64,000 nt of DNA, from NCBI GenBank assembly GCA_041917695.1, contig JAYRXE010000037.1, forward strand, positions 306,582-370,581, given 5' to 3'. A program made the translations under genes and the position numbers. This stretch comes from Minisyncoccota bacterium. Lineage in GTDB: Bacteria; Patescibacteriota; Minisyncoccia; UBA6257; GWB1-50-10. This document shows positions 41,332-50,869 of this stretch, piece by piece (the first letter of the stretch is position 1; the number at the start of each line of letters is the position of its first letter). The notes under the pieces were generated by a model. That model ran no database searches, was not told where the DNA came from, and was given only the letters and a program-made list of their open reading frames with translations.

Positions 41332-41481
41332 ATGTCAACGATTGGCGATTTGACGCGGACGAAGGGCGGGAGGCTGTACCTGCTTCTTTTGGCGCTCATT
41401 GCGGCATCAGCCTTCCTTTTCGGCTATTTTTACGCGAAAAACCAAACCCCTCCAGTCATTATCGAAAAAACCGCCGGATAG
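41332..41481 (+). CDS. 49-aa single-TM protein (below the ORF-track cutoff)
   Basis: MSTIGDLTRTKGGRLYLLLLALIAASAFLFGYFYAKNQTPPVIIEKTAG*. Confidence 0.6.
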   Translation: MSTIGDLTRTKGGRLYLLLLALIAASAFLFGYFYAKNQTPPVIIEKTAG

Positions 41482-41523
41482 CCCTTACCGTCACGCACGG
41501 GAAGGCTTTCACGTACTCTAGAT

Positions 41524-42108
41524 ATGCAGGGAAATCGCAGATTTTGGGTCATTGCCGGCATTATCGCCCTTTTTATCCTCGGGGGCGCGGCATGGGAATT
41601 TTGGAAGGCGGACGGTTTTCGCGCAGGCGAGGGAATTCCGGTTTCCACCGAGACGAACTCGACCTCATCATTCTCGTTTGAAAACTATCCGAGCGAAGAA
41701 GCGTATCTCGGCGTTCCGCATGAGCCTGATTTTTCCACGAATCCCGCAGCACGCCAGTTTGAGACGGTCATCCGCGAAGGAGCGAAGCAGGGACCTAATT
41801 TCAACGGCCACTACACGGTTATTTTTTACGGGTGCGGGACGGCCTGTCAGGCATATGCGCTCCTTGATGCCCGTGACGGCCGGATTGTGACCTTCGGGGA
41901 AAGCTTCTTCACCTCCACGCGCGGGGCGGGATACCGCCTGACAAGCTCGCTTTTGATTCTCGATCCGTATGAGTCGGGCACACGCGTCTATGCGGAAGAG
42001 GGAAGTGTCCCGCCCGTGCGTTACTATGCGTTTAGGGGCGGCCGCTTTGAGTATCTCGGAAGCCAGACGTGCTCGGTATCGGCGACAGATGAACTCCTGT
42101 GTTTATAG
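41524..42108 (+). CDS. Hypothetical exported protein
   Basis: N-terminal TM; GPNFNGHYTVIFYGCGTACQ motif. Confidence 0.75.
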   Translation: MQGNRRFWVIAGIIALFILGGAAWEFWKADGFRAGEGIPVSTETNSTSSFSFENYPSEEAYLGVPHEPDFSTNPAARQFETVIREGAKQGPNFNGHYTVIFYGCGTACQAYALLDARDGRIVTFGESFFTSTRGAGYRLTSSLLILDPYESGTRVYAEEGSVPPVRYYAFRGGRFEYLGSQTCSVSATDELLCL

Positions 42109-42181
42109 TTGACTATTTTACTGTAATTTGGTATAATTAAATAAGTAAATTAAGAGCCGTACGGCTAGAAAGGCAGTAAAG

Positions 42182-42466
42182 ATGGATCGGTCCCAATTTC
42201 AAGACTTCGCTCGGGAAATAGTGATTCTTACAATTAACTTTCCTAGGCTTGAAGTGAATGAAAAAGGGGTTCGTCTGGCAATCGAGCGCGTAGAAGCGCT
42301 TGAGAAAAAAGTAGGGAAGCATTCGTGCGCAAACCTTGAGCTTCATTGCGCATTGGTTGTATTGAAGAGAATGAAATCAGGCTATTCCGAATTGCGTCAT
42401 TTAATCGATGACGTAGTGAGGATACGGTCCTATTTCAACGAAGCAATTGCATTAATACCCGCCTAA
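42182..42466 (+). CDS. Hypothetical protein, accessory module
   Basis: TTGACT-17-TATAAT-6-AG; stop codon inside the terminator hairpin. Confidence 0.7.
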   Translation: MDRSQFQDFAREIVILTINFPRLEVNEKGVRLAIERVEALEKKVGKHSCANLELHCALVVLKRMKSGYSELRHLIDDVVRIRSYFNEAIALIPA

Positions 42467-42553
42467 CAGGCGGGTTTTTATTTGACAGTCCGGGCGGTTT
42501 CTTCTAGAAAGACTGGAGTTCTAATTTATAACTTAACACGAAAGGAGATCGTT

Positions 42554-43021
42554 ATGATCTTTTATTTTGCTTTGAAGTGCAGATTCCGCATTTTTATCCT
42601 TGTTTTGGCGCTTGCGTGGTGGCTGGTGGCCTGGCTTCTTGCTCCGCCGTTCCTGATTTGGTTTACGGCACTCATCGTTCCGTTTATGGGCTATGTGCTC
42701 ATTTTCTTAGGAATCATTTTGCTCAGTATTCTTGCGCAGGCCGTCATGCGACACCTGAGCCATGGGGTGGCGATAAATGACGATGCGGTAAAAATACGCA
42801 CCAGCCTTTTAGGAGACACCCGAACCATTCCCTTCAATTCAATCCGGCATACCGACAAGGACAGGACGTTTACCACTTTTTTAACCGGCGTGGTTTCCAT
42901 GAAACTCACCATTAAAGAGCACGAATCGGATAAGGAAAAGCCGGAAATCATTCAGCTCCCGGAAAAGATTGCGGATGAGCTGGATAACAAATTCCAACGC
43001 GCTTCATCCCGACGAAGTTAA
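42554..43021 (+). CDS. Two-TM protein with bacterial PH-like (bPH) domain, accessory module
   Basis: VKIRTSLLGDTRTIPFNSIRH; AAAGGAG SD. Confidence 0.7.
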   Translation: MIFYFALKCRFRIFILVLALAWWLVAWLLAPPFLIWFTALIVPFMGYVLIFLGIILLSILAQAVMRHLSHGVAINDDAVKIRTSLLGDTRTIPFNSIRHTDKDRTFTTFLTGVVSMKLTIKEHESDKEKPEIIQLPEKIADELDNKFQRASSRRS

Positions 43022-43044
43022 AAACCCCGCCGAAAGGCGGGTTT

Positions 43045-43818
43045 TTATTTGAGATAGCCGATGGTTTTAAGCATTGCTTCGTTTTCCCACTCCCACAGGC
43101 GCTTTGCGCCGAGGAATGCCTCGAAGTCGTGCTCCCAATCGGGAAATTCCTTGAGTTCGATAAATCCCGTAAGCGGTCCCCAGCGGTGCGAACACGCCCG
43201 CATGAAGGCGTTCCCCGAGGTCGTCCGCACCTTTCGGTTCCCGCCTTTGGTGCGCAAAAGCGCCCCGCACTGGAGGCAGGGTTGCGCCTGGTCTATGCGC
43301 AGTATCCAGCGAGTCTCAAGTTCCGGCACCCGCGCCTTCATGGCGGCTACGTAGGCGGAGGTTTGCAGGCAGTAATCGCGGTAGATTTCAAGAGATGTCT
43401 TGATGTCGAGTACGCCGACCCTGCCGTCAATTTCGGCAACCGCATCGAGCGTGCCCGCGTATCGGTGGTCGTCGCTCCAGAGCCTGGTTTCCACATATTC
43501 GGGGAATACCCGGATATTCTTCTCGGTTATGAATTTCTTGAACGCTTCGATCGACGGGGCGGTTTTAGGCGTCAGCTCGGGTTCTTTGCCGAGGAATACC
43601 GCTTCGGCAGCTTCATGAATCGCCGTTCCCTCCTCAGCCGACAATTTTTTCATCTTTTCTCCCGCCGCGAAGCTTTCCATCCGTCCGTAAAAGCGGTAGA
43701 GCGCGGGTTTTGCCTTGATGTCCACGATTTTCGTGACGCGGGGATACCACGAGCCGTTTTCCATAAAATAGCCGTGGGTTTCCTGGAACTCTTCGGGAGA
43801 GATGACTTCAAAGGCCAT
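43045..43818 (-). CDS. PD-(D/E)XK nuclease (Cas4/RecB-like) with putative Zn insert
   Basis: YPRVT, GTAIHE, YAGTLD, LDIKTS, QTSAY; CLQC..CSH. Confidence 0.85.
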   Translation of the reverse strand: MAFEVISPEEFQETHGYFMENGSWYPRVTKIVDIKAKPALYRFYGRMESFAAGEKMKKLSAEEGTAIHEAAEAVFLGKEPELTPKTAPSIEAFKKFITEKNIRVFPEYVETRLWSDDHRYAGTLDAVAEIDGRVGVLDIKTSLEIYRDYCLQTSAYVAAMKARVPELETRWILRIDQAQPCLQCGALLRTKGGNRKVRTTSGNAFMRACSHRWGPLTGFIELKEFPDWEHDFEAFLGAKRLWEWENEAMLKTIGYLK

Positions 43819-43958
43819 AATTTCCCTATTTTACAGGAGTTTCGGGGGGCAGGGAAGCGATCGGCCTCGAAACTTGCCTAATTGCCGTTAGGCTTGTATA
43901 GTCTGGGCAGAAATTAACACAATTAAAAAAGGAATAATTCAAGCTAAGGAGGCTTATT

Positions 43959-44984
43959 ATGAACAGATTAAGGGTTTATATCCTCATGTTCTTCATTCTT
44001 CCCTACATCGTTCTCGGCCAGGAAACCTCAGGGTACGGCCAGACACTCGCCAAAACCCCTGTTCTCCGCGGGGATTCGCTCACCACCGACAGTTCTTCGA
44101 TAACGGGCTCGGGGAAAGACACGCCCCAAATTAAGCTCACGCTCAAAGAAAAGAAAAAACGCGTATTGCGCGTTACGATAGACGGTGTGTATGCGGGAAT
44201 ACTGTACAACGGCATCCAAAACCTGGATACTGGCGGACACAATCCGGACGCCGCACTCGTATTTGCCGGAGAAGGGAATGTCGGTTTTTGGGTAGGCAAG
44301 TACAAGGATGGATATGTTTCAGTGGGCTGGGTGTTCAACTCAAACCTAAACTTGGACGGGTACGGTTCGCTGGTTTTGCCGCTCGACAGGCGTCTAACCA
44401 TGAATCTGGGCTTCCCTGAAAAGACGACCGCCATCGTAAAGAAGCCGGTAACCGACGAAGAGCGCCACCGCAAAATCCAAACGCTCGACCTTATCCAGAG
44501 TTCGGGGCCGGGAGCGACGCTGACATTGAAAATATCCAAATTCTTTTCGCTTATGGGAGGAGCCTTCCTAAAGAACAAGAAAGCGGAGCTGGGCGCGGGA
44601 CTCACCATGGGAAAATTCCTCAGACTTGGGGGAGCCTATTACGAAAAACAGTGGATGGCGGCTATGCGTCTCACGTTCCTGCCGGTGGAATTCGTTGCTT
44701 TCCACATGAAAGACTCGGTAACCTCAGTCTATGCATATGTGGCTCCGTGGAAACCGAAGAAAATCGTTTCCAAGCGCCCGCTTGGGTACATAGATTTCTG
44801 GGGTGAAGCGACCTACAGTTGGTTCACCAAAAAAGTGCGGAAAGTAGTGGGATTCTTCTATACGATTCCCATACCATTCCTCACCAAAACGGACTACACC
44901 TATGTACGGCTCGGCGCGAGCACGGATTTCCACGACTGGATAGGAATTCATGGCGGCATAGATATACGCAAGTATGATTTCTGA
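43959..44984 (+). CDS. Secreted, putative beta-barrel-like protein, accessory module
   Basis: Signal peptide, amphipathic beta-strand pattern, terminal Phe; AAGGAGG SD. Confidence 0.6.
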   Translation: MNRLRVYILMFFILPYIVLGQETSGYGQTLAKTPVLRGDSLTTDSSSITGSGKDTPQIKLTLKEKKKRVLRVTIDGVYAGILYNGIQNLDTGGHNPDAALVFAGEGNVGFWVGKYKDGYVSVGWVFNSNLNLDGYGSLVLPLDRRLTMNLGFPEKTTAIVKKPVTDEERHRKIQTLDLIQSSGPGATLTLKISKFFSLMGGAFLKNKKAELGAGLTMGKFLRLGGAYYEKQWMAAMRLTFLPVEFVAFHMKDSVTSVYAYVAPWKPKKIVSKRPLGYIDFWGEATYSWFTKKVRKVVGFFYTIPIPFLTKTDYTYVRLGASTDFHDWIGIHGGIDIRKYDF

Positions 44985-45056
44985 GTAGATTCGCAAACCC
45001 CCGTTATGGGGGTTTTTATTTATAAAAAATCCCCGCCACGGCGGGCGGGGGGATGG

Positions 45057-45374
45057 TTATAGGTTTTTCTTTTCTTCGGTTTTTTCCGTGCTTTTCTGCG
45101 TTGCAGTATCTGTTGTTTTTACTGAAGCGGTCTTTGTTTCTTCCCGCGCAACCGCCCGCTCAACCACGAACTCAAAGAGGATGGCGATGATAATCAGGAA
45201 GACTATCTCAATAAGCCATATGCCCGTGATGAGCGAAATCCCGATTGCTGCGTATTTCCCCGCAAACGGAGCGATGAAGAAAAGACCAAGGTCCACGAGA
45301 AACACAAGGACCAGGGTGAGAAGGAAAATTCCCTTGAAAAGCGTTTTCGGATAGCTGAAATCCATTCTTTCCAT
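45057..45374 (-). CDS. Two-TM hypothetical protein, accessory module
   Basis: TTGACA-17-TAGATT-6-AG, GAAAGG SD. Confidence 0.7.
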   Translation of the reverse strand: MERMDFSYPKTLFKGIFLLTLVLVFLVDLGLFFIAPFAGKYAAIGISLITGIWLIEIVFLIIIAILFEFVVERAVAREETKTASVKTTDTATQKSTEKTEEKKNL

Positions 45375-45498
45375 CGAATTGATGCCTTTCTTTTTTTGAT
45401 TAAGAACTGCAGAAAATCTATACGGAATACTTTGACTTGTCAATGTTCTTATGGTAAAAAAGGGTCAGTAAATTATAAAACCAACCCAGGGAGGTTGT

Positions 45499-45957
45499 AT
45501 GAAAAATTCAGAAAAGAAAAAAGCAACTCGCCCTCAAAAAACGAAAACCCCGCAAACCATTATCTATGTCCCGCCGACGCTCGGACGCATCGGCGGTAAA
45601 GCGGAGGAAGTGAAGCGAGAGTGGAACGAAGGCCTCCAATGCCATATCGTCACCGTAAAGATCAGCGGTGAATTGCTTGAGCTTAAGTGGGAGGGGTATC
45701 TTGCGGAGAAGCAAAGCATTCTCAAAAACGCCTACGGCGAAACGAATGCCCAGCTTATGAATTCTGGTGGCGCTCCCGTAAAGAGGATGCCCGAAGGATT
45801 TTCGGCGGCTGAGATACGCGCTCACATTGAAGCGGAAGAACCCGACGACGAAGAGGCGAGCGGGGAGCCTGCAGAGGAAGATGAGCCGAGCGATCGAGAG
45901 TTGGATATAGAGAATATCCCGGACCCCGATGCGTTTCTTGATGAAGACGATGAATGA
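45499..45957 (+). CDS. Hypothetical protein with acidic tail, accessory module
   Basis: GGGAGGT SD; hairpin 45963-45986. Confidence 0.75.
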   Translation: MKNSEKKKATRPQKTKTPQTIIYVPPTLGRIGGKAEEVKREWNEGLQCHIVTVKISGELLELKWEGYLAEKQSILKNAYGETNAQLMNSGGAPVKRMPEGFSAAEIRAHIEAEEPDDEEASGEPAEEDEPSDRELDIENIPDPDAFLDEDDE

Positions 45958-46080
45958 TTTTTGCCCCGCCGATGCGGGGCTTTTTTATTCACAGATTGCA
46001 CTTGCGGGGAGTGCGCACCGAAGGGGATAATGAAGGCAGAATTCACTATTTTAATAACTTAAAACTATACGTTGAACACT

Positions 46081-46434
46081 ATGGGAAAACTGAACGACGA
46101 TACCTATTATTTTTGCGGGATGGGAAAGCCTACCGCCACGCTCGCAAAAATACGGCGCTATTGCCACCCGCAGGGATGCATGCATTTGCAGACGCGCGGA
46201 AGGAAGAAGGGCTTACGAAAAGCGCTCCAAAAACAGGAAGAGAGCCGGGCGCAAGCTGAGGCCGAGGAACGGAATACGCTTATCCAGCTTATTCTGGACA
46301 AGCGATTTCCGTATATGGCCGATGCAAGCGGAGAAGAAAGGCGCGAGGTGCGCAAGAAACGCCAGCGTTATGCCACAGACGAGAGTTTGGGGGAATTGTC
46401 GATTCAAGAATTGAAGATTATGGCTACACCGTAG
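46081..46434 (+). CDS. Hypothetical protein, accessory module
   Basis: TTAATAACTTAA at 46051; hairpin 46446-46471. Confidence 0.65.
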   Translation: MGKLNDDTYYFCGMGKPTATLAKIRRYCHPQGCMHLQTRGRKKGLRKALQKQEESRAQAEAEERNTLIQLILDKRFPYMADASGEERREVRKKRQRYATDESLGELSIQELKIMATP

Positions 46435-46488
46435 CATCAAAAACCAAAACGGCCCCTCGGAGCCGTTTTTTATTTGTATAATGTCTTC

Positions 46489-46869
46489 ATGGCTAAAAAA
46501 ATAAGCGGGAATTATGTTGACGGGTTCGTGTTGGTTGTTCAGAAATCAAAACTTGCCGCCTATCGGAAAATGGCGACCATGGGGCGTGATCTGTGGATGA
46601 AATACGGCGCGCTTGATTACAAAGAATGCGTGGGCGACGATATGAACATCAAGGGCGTTGTCGCGTTTCCAAAAGCGGTAAAGGCCAAACCCGGTGAAAT
46701 CGTCGTCTTTTCATATATCGTCTTCAAGTCGCGTGCGCACCGCGATGCGGTAAACAAAAAGGTAATGAAGGACCCGACGATGAACGATCCGAAGTATGCG
46801 AATATGTCCATGCCCTTCGATATGAAGCGCATGTGCTACGGCGGCTTCAAGGTTATCGTAAGCGGCTAG
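46489..46869 (+). CDS. DUF1428 (YbaA-like) protein
   Basis: YVDGFVL..GALDYKECVGDD..RDAVNKKVMKD..PFDMKRMCYGGF. Confidence 0.9.
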   Translation: MAKKISGNYVDGFVLVVQKSKLAAYRKMATMGRDLWMKYGALDYKECVGDDMNIKGVVAFPKAVKAKPGEIVVFSYIVFKSRAHRDAVNKKVMKDPTMNDPKYANMSMPFDMKRMCYGGFKVIVSG

Positions 46870-47097
46870 AAGGCATTTAAGTGCGTCAAAAATCCCCCGT
46901 AATGGGGGATTTTTGCCTCGTATTCGGGTGTCCGCTATATCGTATGGCTATACACCTTGATCGGAGGAGAAGCCTCCCAGCTTCTTACCTATATGACGGC
47001 AAACGGTAAAAAATATGACACGGGGTTATATTGACTACTACAATTATTTATGCCATAAAGTACATAGAAAATTTAATAACTAAACGAGGTAGAAACA

Positions 47098-47310
47098 ATG
47101 AGAGTATGGAAAATCTTACGGTGGCCCACGGTAATTGTCGGGACACTGCTTTTTTTCAACTTCTTCTTCATGCTCGGCTCGTGGGAAATTGCCATTGAAT
47201 TATCCAAAGCCATTCCCGGCTTTAAGGGAATGTTGGTGTGTTCTTTTTTTCTTGGATTTTTAATGTGTGTTTTCGGGTGCGTGTACTGGAAAGGGAAGGA
47301 AGTTTACTAA
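47098..47310 (+). CDS. Small two-TM protein, accessory module
   Basis: TTGACT-17-CATAAA-6-AG, GAGGT SD, hairpin 47328-47350. Confidence 0.7.
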   Translation: MRVWKILRWPTVIVGTLLFFNFFFMLGSWEIAIELSKAIPGFKGMLVCSFFLGFLMCVFGCVYWKGKEVY

Positions 47311-47418
47311 AGTTTTTTCGGCATAACAAAAGGAGCAATTGCTCCTTTTTCTTTTTGACACCTCATTGTGGCTTGTGGCACTATTTCGAACAGATAATTT
47401 AAAAAGAAAGGGGGACGC

Positions 47419-48438
47419 ATGTCTCAAAACACAATTGCCATCACCAGGGGAAAACAGATTTCGAATCGGGTAACACAAATCATTAACGAACTGGAAAATT
47501 CGGCAAATAAGGCTAAGGCCAACTGGGAAACGGAGCGAAGGGCGTTGCTTCAGAAGCTCCTTAACCCTACTCGTGAACTCAAAGACCTTCTAGCCAACTC
47601 TGAAAAGGAACTTGAGCCTATTTTCACGAGACCGGATGTCAAAAGAGAACTCTTTAAATTCTTTTACGGCGCCAGAGGGGGATATCAGGAACCCACAGAA
47701 CGCATCGGTAAATTTTTTATCTTGCCGCTTTTCAAGCTTGAAGAGAAATTACCGGAAGACGAGTCACCGAAAATCGAACTCGTACTTGCCTGGAATGTTT
47801 GCACGGCAACTGTTTGTTATAAGGTGCGCTTCAACATAGCCGACGGTTCGGGAACCGGGTTCCAGTTGAGGAATACTTTTTTGAGCCAAACTGAAATTTC
47901 CAGGCTTACATCAGAGATACTGAACTCTTCCCGCCTAAGCGATGCGGAGCAGAAGGATTTGGAAGATGAGTACGTGACGCCGTATATTCATTTTCTCGAT
48001 AAACTTAAAAGCTCTGATGTCCTGACCGATAAACTTCTTGATTTTCTGATTTTCCGCTATGCCCACGTCCACACCCAGGCTGAAGTGCAGAGCCTCGATT
48101 ACTCCAAACGTGTTTTACCCAAGGAGACTCTTACTGGCGAGGCCACTGGAATCCCTCATGTGGTTATCGGGGATACGACATACGAAGAGCAGAATTTTAA
48201 GGCGCTTATGGAGCATCTTTTTAATGAAGGCTACTCCGATGCGGTAAAAATACGCATTGCGACCAGGTCCTATTATGAGGACTACGATGAAGGCGAAGGA
48301 GAAAAGCCGTGGGAACCGCGCTGGCGGACAAAGCCCGTGAAATTCCTCAGGGAACACTTTGCTGAATGGTACGATGAAGGAAAAAACGCCCTGTCGGACG
48401 AACCGAAGAACTACGAAGAGTACGCGTATAATATCTGA
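47419..48438 (+). CDS. Hypothetical protein, accessory module
   Basis: 339 aa ORF with module promoter and terminator. Confidence 0.8.
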   Translation: MSQNTIAITRGKQISNRVTQIINELENSANKAKANWETERRALLQKLLNPTRELKDLLANSEKELEPIFTRPDVKRELFKFFYGARGGYQEPTERIGKFFILPLFKLEEKLPEDESPKIELVLAWNVCTATVCYKVRFNIADGSGTGFQLRNTFLSQTEISRLTSEILNSSRLSDAEQKDLEDEYVTPYIHFLDKLKSSDVLTDKLLDFLIFRYAHVHTQAEVQSLDYSKRVLPKETLTGEATGIPHVVIGDTTYEEQNFKALMEHLFNEGYSDAVKIRIATRSYYEDYDEGEGEKPWEPRWRTKPVKFLREHFAEWYDEGKNALSDEPKNYEEYAYNI

Positions 48439-48449
48439 CGCAGATTCAC

Positions 48450-48478
48450 AAAAGCCGCTTAACCGCGGCTTTTTATTT
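48450..48478 (+). terminator. Module terminator (AAAAGCCGC family)
   Basis: AAAAGCCGC-6-GCGGCTTTTTATT; same arms at 49256 and 50064, similar at 63740. Confidence 0.85.
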
Positions 48479-48547
48479 CTTGACAAGGAAAGTGCTTTTG
48501 TATTAATTTATGGCTAGTTAAATTAATAATCTTAGAAAGGATTCTCT

Positions 48548-49162
48548 ATGAGGGAGTTCGTATCGGCTGCGGGAGGAATCCTCTGCGTAGCAGCGCTTTT
48601 ACCGTACATTGTCGCTATTATCCGGAAGAAGGTGAAGCCGCCGAAGGCTACCTGGACCGTGTGGGCATCGCTTGATGTTCTTACGACCATCGGAATGTAT
48701 TTGGCAGGTACGTTAAATCCGCAAATGGTGGGCGCCGCTCTCTGCGCGCTCGTTATCATGATTCTTTCCTTTAAGTACGGGAAACCTGGATGGAAAAGAC
48801 TCGATAAATATTGCTTGGGTGGCGCAGGCCTTGGCCTCGTCGTGCTTATTTTTAAGTTCAATGATCCGACGTGGAGTATTGTGATTTCACAATCAGTCGC
48901 GCTTATTGGATCATTTCCGATACTTGAATCAGCCTGGCACGGGGAAGAGCACAAGCTCACGTGGAGCATATTCATTCTTTCCTGCATTCTGACCTTGGCG
49001 TCGCTTCCGGTCTATACGCTTGCGAGCCTGGTTCAGCCGGTGAATTTCACCCTGCTTGGCGGACTCATACTCGGATTCCTCTTTCTGAAGAAACATCCGA
49101 AGCCTCAGACAGAGCCGCTCTATCTGCGAAAGGAAGAATCGAAACGCAAAAGTATTTTCTAG
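48548..49162 (+). CDS. Multi-TM membrane protein (PQ-loop-like), accessory module
   Basis: PYIVAIIRKKVKP..TWTVW internal repeat pattern. Confidence 0.75.
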   Translation: MREFVSAAGGILCVAALLPYIVAIIRKKVKPPKATWTVWASLDVLTTIGMYLAGTLNPQMVGAALCALVIMILSFKYGKPGWKRLDKYCLGGAGLGLVVLIFKFNDPTWSIVISQSVALIGSFPILESAWHGEEHKLTWSIFILSCILTLASLPVYTLASLVQPVNFTLLGGLILGFLFLKKHPKPQTEPLYLRKEESKRKSIF

Positions 49163-49354
49163 CAGGGAAAGCCGTATCCCACCGCAACATCAATACGGCG
49201 CTCGGTATTCCTATCTATTGGTACAGAGAAAAATATCGGGCCGACTGCAAAACACAAAAGCCGCATTGAGCGGCTTTTTATTTTGACAGGTGAAAGGGGA
49301 TTGTGTCAGTATTCTGCCAGATATTCAAAACTTAATACTAGAAAGAAAGGGTAT

Positions 49355-50059
49355 ATGGAAAGATTGTGGTTTACCATCAAGAATTTTACGCTCCAGCGCA
49401 TTATCCCAGACGGGAAAAATGCATACCACTTAGATATGCAATTAGGCGACGAATGCATCGTCCGCAATATTCACATTGAGACGGAAGGCAGTCAGAGCAT
49501 CACGAAGATCACCACGCAGAACTGGTCTGGCGCTAACGCCCGCTTTATCGATGTTCCTCTCCTTCACGCAGATGAAGAGCAGGGAAGTTACCGCATATTC
49601 CAGGAGGAGATTCAGAGAGCTTTTCATGACCAGTGGGACCTATTGCGCGAAACTTTGAATAAAGGCTTCGCATATCTTGGCCCCATCGTCCCGACCGCCT
49701 GGGAAGGGAAGGCATTATCCGTGCCAATCGATTTCATTGCGCTCAGGAATTTCAGGCCCCTCGCTCAAGGAAAGGCGCCGATGATCTCTATGGACGTTCA
49801 GCTCGGGCATCATCTCATTTTCTGGCAGCTCCCGGTTATAGAGGAAAACGGCTCGCTCCGAATCGCTCCGCGTATTCCGCCGGTAATTCTGAACAAGGAG
49901 ATTCTGGGAATCATTGAAGGACTACTCCTTGCAAAAAATGAGGCGATAGAAATTTTCAGAGATGTATGTGATGCGCAGAGGCTATCCGAGGGGGCAATAG
50001 GGGATGGTATTCCCGGGTATAATCCCGAAAAGATACCTCCGCCGATTGAGTTCAGATGA
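49355..50059 (+). CDS. Hypothetical protein, possible tandem SpoVG-like domains, accessory module
   Basis: HLDMQLGDECIVRNIHI and SMDVQLGHHLIFWQLPVIEENG. Confidence 0.6.
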   Translation: MERLWFTIKNFTLQRIIPDGKNAYHLDMQLGDECIVRNIHIETEGSQSITKITTQNWSGANARFIDVPLLHADEEQGSYRIFQEEIQRAFHDQWDLLRETLNKGFAYLGPIVPTAWEGKALSVPIDFIALRNFRPLAQGKAPMISMDVQLGHHLIFWQLPVIEENGSLRIAPRIPPVILNKEILGIIEGLLLAKNEAIEIFRDVCDAQRLSEGAIGDGIPGYNPEKIPPPIEFR

Positions 50060-50249
50060 TACTAAAAGCCGCGTTAAGGCGGCTTTTTATTCGGACCCGG
50101 CATAGGAATCAACTCGATCGTTAATTATATGCCGGGTTATCTAGGCAGACTGCCGAAATAAAAGAAAGGTTCCCTTGACAGATTAATCAATCTAAGGTAT
50201 ATTAATCCTAGTTTAATTTACTGTTTAATAATTGAAAAAGGAGTAAAAA

Positions 50250-50768
50250 GTGCCTACTAAAATTGATTTATCCAAGATGTATTTGGCCATTGCTGAGGCT
50301 GGCATTCAATTTTTTAATGCTATTAAGTCTCTTGATCAGGATGTACGCCCGGATGACCGCGAGAGGACAGGCGTCCAGATTTTTCTACGCGAACCTGGAA
50401 CAAGGAACTTTGTTTTGGTCCCGGTGTGCAAACCATCGGATGCAGCCACATTTTTCGCTATTGAAAAAGCGGTAAGATCTTCCACGTTGGGAGATTATGC
50501 TTCTGAAAATTCGCAAAATGAAGAAGAGTTCAAGTTTTCGGGATGCGTGATGATCGAAACCAAATCCGGCCAAAAAATACAGGCTTCCATGTCCGGCCTA
50601 AAACCCTTCGAAGACGTTGGCGGGAGCATGTATGTGCTATGCCGTGTTCTCAATTCACCTTTGGGAGAGGTGTGGGGAAGCATACGTCAAAAAGGCGGAC
50701 GACTTCCTACTGCCGTCTCGAATCCGAATCATTATCTCTGCAAAATTTTAAAAGACCTACTTAGATAG
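50250..50768 (+). CDS. Hypothetical protein, possible GlcG/HbpS-like fold, accessory module
   Basis: AIEKAVRS..FSGCVMI..ASMSGL..ED; GTG start with AAGGAG SD. Confidence 0.55.
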   Translation: MPTKIDLSKMYLAIAEAGIQFFNAIKSLDQDVRPDDRERTGVQIFLREPGTRNFVLVPVCKPSDAATFFAIEKAVRSSTLGDYASENSQNEEEFKFSGCVMIETKSGQKIQASMSGLKPFEDVGGSMYVLCRVLNSPLGEVWGSIRQKGGRLPTAVSNPNHYLCKILKDLLR

Positions 50769-50869
50769 TTTCAAAGCCCCATTTGGGGCTTTTTATTTGA
50801 CTTAAATCTGGAATTCCCGCATAACATAAGCAGTAATTATTAATTAATAATCTAAAAACGAGGTAGAAC

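Noticed and set aside
43045-43818. CRISPR-Cas locus
   Set aside because: Only a Cas4-like nuclease; no repeat-spacer array or other cas genes in the window.
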